Shown here piece after piece: positions 58,470-64,000 of a stretch of 64,000 bases of DNA. Source of the DNA: an uncultured Candidatus Rokubacteria bacterium. Its GTDB lineage: Bacteria > Methylomirabilota > Methylomirabilia > Rokubacteriales > CSP1-6. A program made the position numbers and the translations under genes. The notes beneath the pieces were generated by a model that searched no databases, was not told the origin of the DNA, and worked only from the letters and a program-made list of their open reading frames with translations. Where the stretch lies: NCBI GenBank assembly GCA_963754315.1, contig CAVWFS010000008.1:512001-576000 (forward strand), written 5' to 3'. Each line of letters opens with the position of its first letter. Position 1 is the first letter of the stretch.

Positions 58470-61409
58470 GTCGTCATCACGGTCAACATGTCCCCGACGG
58501 GTTAATCAGCAGGAGTTCGGCAGGCAGGATTGTCAGTGGACCCGCGCCTGCGGGTCCTGACCAGCGCGCCGGCGCGGACAGACGGCTGGCCTTTGCAGGC
58601 GCATCGACAGATCGCGGTAGAGCCGATCGAGGTCAACGGCGACGACCCCTGGAGTCTCTTGAATGGCGGCGATCACTTCCCGGCTGTTACCGCCTGCCCG
58701 AAGGTGCGTCGCAAAAGGCGAATGCGGTCCGCAGGGCGCCCTCGGCGGCAGTGAAAACGTCGGCCGCGAGGTGGCGCGGATCGACCAGAACCTTGGCGGC
58801 CAGCCTGAAAGACCGCCGAACGTAGCTGCCCACAACCACTGGCATCACCGGATCGCGGACGCGTCAATGGCCTGGACCAGGTTGTGGTAGAGCGCCGACT
58901 GCGGGTCGACCGGGTCTCCGTTGGCGGCGGCGATGGTGATGGATACCAGGCGCCGCTCACCGTCCCGAGCGGCAACGCTTGCGGTTTACCGATACCGGCG
59001 AACGCTCGGGCGAAGTCCTCATAGTCCTGCAGCGACACGATGCGGCTGAGCGTGGTCACGCTCAGCGGGCATTGACACGAGCGTCAGTGAGCGACTCGGC
59101 GCGCCGCCGCCGGCGGCAGGGAGCGGGTTGGTGACCTCCCGCACACCGGCCGGTCGGGTCAGGAGCAGGGTGAGCCGCCCCTATTCCAGATTGCCCTCGA
59201 GCCCGAGCCCGCTGCGGTAGCGGGCTGTCACGTTCTGGCTTCCCGTGGGCAGCCGCGCACCGCGCTCACCATCGCCGAAGACGGGCTGTGCCGTGCCGTT
59301 CTCCTCATGGCGCACGATGTAGCGCTCTTCACGCGAACCAAGGTCATAGAGCGACGCCGCCTGATCCAGAGAACGCCATTCACGCGCAGCTCCAGCGTGC
59401 TCTCGGGCCGCTGGCCGACGCCGCCGAAACGTAGGTGAGTGGAGGCTTTCGGAGGATAAAGCGCTGGTGGGCGAGTGCAGCATCGCCGCTGCCCAGCACC
59501 TCCTGGACGCTCTCACCGTGAGTGGCCGGTGCGACGTTCGCATTGAGCCTCACCGAGCTCCGCACGTAGGCGTGCATCAGCCCTCGCTCGAAGTGCAACG
59601 TGGAACGGCCGACGAGCTGGCCGGCCTCGTCGACGAAGTGGTGGAAGATCTCGCCGGACGCCAGTAGCCGCTCGCCACGACACCGACCGCGTCAGCTTGC
59701 TCTCCACTTAGGACGACGAGTTGGCCGGCGCGCAGGTGCAGCGCTACCGTGTCGAGCGTGATCTCCGCGGCGTGAAGCGGGATCACGTCCTCCACTGGCA
59801 GCTCGGCCAGTTCCACCCGCTCGCTCTGGACGTGGGCAGTAGTCGTGCGAACCTTCCAGTCGGCGGGCTTGTCCGTACCGTCGTCGAGCGGGTACCGTTC
59901 GTGCAGGAGGTCAAGAGCCGTCGCCCGAGTGCTGAGGCCGAAGCCGACCACCGAACTTCCCAGGCGGCGCCGACCCGATAGGCCTGAAACACATTCGGGG
60001 CCCCGGGACGCCGTCGCTGCGCTGCCGTTCAAAGACCACCCAGCTCCCTTGACCGGCTCCGGGACCACCCACTCCAGGTACACGTCGGCCAGCCGGTACA
60101 AACTTGGCTGGTCCAGCGGCGGAGCATCGGGGGACTCCTTGCCGACAGAGTCGTGCCAGATGTCCCAGCCGTCCGGTCATCCCAATCGTATGGAAGCGGT
60201 CTCTTGACGAGCACGACGGCCGGAACGGGTAAGCTGCAATAGTCGGGGGCGTCGTGGCCGAAGAAGCCGACCCGCTCGCGGAAGGCGAAGACCTCCGATG
60301 GTGCGCTTGGCCTGGGGGAAGCGAGCAGGGCGGTGAATTGCGCCGGGCTCCAGGCGTTGGCACCCAGCACCGCCAACAGCTGCGGCTCGGACAGGGCGGT
60401 CTTGGCGAGCTGCGCCACCGCATGGGCACCCGTGAGCGTCGGCGGCACCGGCGGGGGTGCGAGCTGGAAAACCAGGGCCGCAGTGGCGACGAACGTTGGC
60501 GGCGTAGGCTCCGGCGTCGGAACGTCGAGCTGCACTTGGGTCTGATCCGGCTCAGGATAGGCCGTCACGGCGTGGACCGGCAGCACGAGCGTGGTGAGGG
60601 CCTGGTCCCTGACGCCGACGAAGAGGAGCCGATCGCCCGCGCGGAGCTGGCTCGTGCCGCTCTCGTCGGGGTCGGGTCGACAGGAGCGGCTTCGACAGGC
60701 GCGACCTGGCGTCGTCCAGCGCCGACGCGCGCCCTGGCCGACCGGGAATAGCAGATCGACGGCAGGGCCCGGCGGCCAGTGCCACCGGGCGCCGGCTCGC
60801 CGGGCAGCGAGTACCGAAAAAGACGGCCGTCGTGGATGGCGAGCCGCTGGGGTTGGGTCTGGCGCGGGCGCAGAGCATTCCATTCCTGCGCGCTTCGATC
60901 TCCTCGGTCGTCTCGAAGGTCTGGGGAAGCTGGCCTGGCCCGGGGATACTCTGGACCTTGGTGCCGATGGGCACGATGACGACAGGCGGGCGGCCGGCAG
61001 CGTCTCCAAGGTGAACGCCAGGAAGGTGCTGGCGGCGACGCCCGGGCCCAGCTCGTAGCCGATCGTCCGCGCCAACTCCAGGACCGAACGGCGCTCGGTG
61101 GCGGTGCGCAGGTAGCCCTCGTTGGCGATGCCGCTCCTGGTAGAAAGTCAGCACGTCGGCCACGGTGGCCCAGGCGTCGAGCAGGGCAATGGAGGGATCG
61201 TCGGTCGCGCGCGTCGTGAGCGGGCCAGTGGCCGGGCGCCCGCGTTGGGCTCGTCGGAAATGGTAGTGGGTCGCCAGGCGCGCGAGCATCCGGCGCAGGA
61301 AGGCCGGGTGGGTGCCGATGCGGTAGGCGAGCGCGGGCAGACCGGGCCGGTTGAATAGCTCCAGCGGCGGGACGCTGGCATCGCAGCAGCCGCAGGGATC
61401 CAGCTTCAC
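58466..61409 (-). CDS. Putative baseplate assembly protein 2 (baseplate J/Afp11-like), heavily frameshifted
   Basis: CGCC...NRPGLPALAYRIGTH, ALLDAWATVADVLTFYQER, ANVAPATHGE, FGDGERGARLPTG, RIVSLQDYEDFARAFAGIGK. Confidence 0.8.
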
Positions 61410-63908
61410 TCGGCGCCACCCTCCATGAAAAACTCGATCTGGCCGTTCTCCGGCGCGTTCGGGTCGTTGTCCAGCCGCGCGATCTCCAGCCGGTCGAAGA
61501 CGATGCGGCCGGCAGCCAGTTCGCCGCGCGGGCGTTGGCCCCAGCGCTGGAAGCGGTGCGCGGGCGCGGCGGGCGAAGAGTGCATCTGGCGCCGTCCTCT
61601 CGGCCAAGTCGATGACCGGACACCTGGCACGCGCATGGCCGTCGCCACGACCTGGCTGAGGTAGACCGGCTGGCCGAAGGTGAAGTTGTCCGGATGGAAG
61701 AAGCCGCGGCGGCCATCGGGCAGGTCGACCGCGCTGAAGATCTCGAGCAGGCGGCCTTCACGGCGTCGCGGAAATAGCCCGGCGCGACGCACACGGTCAG
61801 CGCGATGTCGAGCGGCACGAAGCGCGGCGCGTCGATCTCCAGATCGTGCCCGGCCAGCCGGAAGCGCTCCAGAAAGCCGCGCAGCTCGGTCTCGAAGGCG
61901 GCATCGACCGGACGTCCGCCTTTGCGATCGATGGTGATGAACATCGTGTGCCAGCTCCCGGTCCAGCGCCGGGTCGCCGCGGCCTTTTGCACCTCGGGGT
62001 GGCGCTCGGCCGCGGCGGCGTAGTCCGCCTCGGTGACGGCGCGCTCCTGCGTGCGAAAGGCCTGGGGGCGTAGAGCCGCACCTGCTCCAGCGGCTCGGGG
62101 TCGGTGCCTCCCTGGGCGGGCAGCGGGTTGCGGATGCCGACGATGCCGGTCTCGTGGTGACGACGTGGGCGATGCCCGCGCCTACATTGCCGGCGCGCCC
62201 GTTGCCGACCCGGTAGGTCGCCAGCAGACCGCCGGTCGGCCGCGGCCGAGCACGCCGTCGCCGAAGCGCAGCTGGGCGCGCCGGTTCTCGTCCATCTCGA
62301 CGACGAAATGGTGCGCGAACGATCGCTGTCAAGCAAGTCGCGCTGGGCAGCCACGTGTCGTCGGCGTGCGGAGACTCACCGCGGGCAGCGCCTCTCGCGG
62401 AGCCAGGGCAGGAGCCGCTGCGGCCCGGGACTGTGCTGCTGGTCGTAGGGCGCGTGGTGGGTCAGTCAGCCTCTCGAAGGGCCACCTGGCGTAGCCGGCC
62501 ATCCGGCGGCGGGGCCTCGGCACCAGCGGCTCGTCCAGAATCGTTCGCCCATGGTCGGCAAGCACGATGTTGCCGCGGGCAACGCTCGCGTCCCCCCCGG
62601 GCTGGCCCGCGATGGTCGCCGAGAGCAGAGCGGAAAGGGCAGCGCGTCAGCAGCCGCCCAGGCAATCTCGGTGACCGGCACGGGGTCGTCGACCGGCGGG
62701 AAAGGAACTGGCCGCCGAGGGGGTCTCGCGGCCAGGCGCACGTCGGTCAGGCGACGGCATGGCGATGCGCGGGGTCGGCATCGGCCGGCTGGCCGGTCGT
62801 CGCGCCCAGAACCTCCTCGAAGACCAGCACATCGCCGACCTGAAGGCCGCAGATGTGCCAGTCAGGGTGGCACGGGTCGCACCTTTCGGCAGGCAGCATC
62901 CGGAGCCCCAGGTGTAAAAGCGGATCGTATTGTGCTCCACGAGCAGCGTGACGGCGTGCAGCGTCTCGAAGACGACGGGGCCCGCGGCGAGCGCCGGTGG
63001 GCGTCGAGTCCGGCGCGATCAGCGTCGCCTGGCCGCGACGCGGGTGAGCAGGGGCGTGCCCTTCGCGGAGCAATGGTGAACAACGACGGTGCACGAGGTC
63101 GCCCTCACGCGCAGCTGCACCCAGGCGCGGGCGTTACAGCCGTCGTGCATGCGGTAGTCCAGCAGCCGGGCGTGGCGGCGCACGCGAGACGCGCTTGCGT
63201 GCCGTGCCCAGGTACGCCTCGGTGGCCACGGCGTCCTGGTAGTAGCTGAGGTGGTCGGCGGCGTAGGCCATCAACTCCACCAGGGCGATGCCCAGGTCCG
63301 CCGGGTTACGCTCGTTCCAGTCAGGCAACATCTCGGCCAGCCGGTCCAGCATCAGGCCGGCGGAAGCTGGCATAGTCGTTGGCCAGGTAGTCGATCTGCG
63401 GGTCGGCAACCGCCCGGGGGGCCGGGTGACTCGGCTTGCAGTCGAACTCCTGGGGCACTCCACCTTGAAGGAGAAGTCCACGCTGGGAGCAGCGGGTCGA
63501 AGTCTTCGCGGGCGTGTCGCTAGGGGCGCCCAGGCAGAGCCGGTAGGTGGAGAAGTCGCCGGCGGCGCGGTACGCACCACCAGAAGTCGCTCCGTCTCGG
63601 GCAGTGCTCCCGCAAAAATCGTGCTCGGCCGGGTTAATCCTCCCTTCGGCCAGGAGCCTTCCGGATCGGGGGCCGGCGCGCCCACACCACCTCGAGGTGC
63701 GAGCCGCACGCCCCCGGTGATGCGCACGTTGTCCGTGCCGAAGTCCACGGGCAGCGGCTTGAAGCAGCGCACCAGCAGCGTCTGCTGGCGCGACTGCCCG
63801 GCGGCGCCTCCCCGTCCAGCACCTCCAGGTAGTCGATGCCGTTCAAGCTGGCATGGCCACCACGGCCTGGCGGCGATGTTCATTGTTGCAGGCGTACCGC
63901 GGACCCAC
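61406..63908 (-). CDS. Putative baseplate assembly protein 1 (baseplate J/Afp11-like), heavily frameshifted
   Basis: LNGIDYLEV, FSFKVECP, ADLGIALVELMAYAADHLSYYQDAVATEAYL, YRVGNG.AGNVG, RWTGSW, FFHPDNFTFG, LDNDPNAPENG. Confidence 0.82.
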
Positions 63909-63910
63909 GC

Positions 63911-64000
63911 TCAGACCTCACGAGAGAACTGCGCCACCTGGCGCTGCTGGGTGCGCCGCACGACGTACTGCACCGTCACCCGAAGGGTGGCCTCCTCGCT
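63911..64000 (-). CDS. GPW/gp25 baseplate wedge protein, C-terminal end only
   Basis: SEEATLRVTVQYVVRRTQQRQVAQFSREV* immediately upstream of the baseplate gene. Confidence 0.65.
   Translation of the reverse strand, partial: SEEATLRVTVQYVVRRTQQRQVAQFSREV

Noticed and set aside
54297..64000. Prophage or type VI secretion system
   Set aside because: No head, packaging, integrase or T6SS membrane-complex genes in view; the tandem large baseplate genes plus DUF6519 fit eCIS better, though the upstream part is unseen.

Overview
High-GC bacterial, probably metagenome-assembled, window densely packed with catabolic and redox genes. The gene style and a G/C-run palindromic intergenic repeat suggest Ca. 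Rokubacteria/Methylomirabilota, but this is inference only. In order: a VOC-like protein and an enoyl-CoA hydratase; an AsnB + GT2 + ArnT-like envelope-modification trio; three amidase-signature enzymes; a ceramidase-family lipoprotein; an HMG-CoA-synthase-like/DUF35 fusion with a thiolase; a cobalt-type nitrile hydratase operon (GatC-like peptide, amidase, beta, alpha, Cys-rich ferredoxin-like domain apparently fused to the P14K-type activator); an acyl-CoA dehydrogenase pair/LLM/CoA-ligase cluster; an ExeA-like ATPase next to a secreted beta-propeller di-heme protein; a broken MNT-HEPN toxin-antitoxin pair; ClC channel, CoA-transferase, DAO-family oxidase, pdxH, GMC pair, DAHP synthase, Rieske oxygenase alpha/beta, sirtuin, sulfurtransferases, DmsA-like molybdoenzyme and cyclase; and a DUF222-HNH element. 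The last ~10 kb (minus strand) hold the distal baseplate end of an extracellular contractile injection system (eCIS)-like locus: gp25, two baseplate-J-like proteins, a tail/wedge protein and a DUF6519 protein ending in a helix-hairpin-helix domain. Many single-base indels occur, very densely beyond ~54 kb, and are most simply read as sequencing/assembly errors, so fusions inferred across them need read-level checking. No rRNA, tRNA or CRISPR array was recognised.
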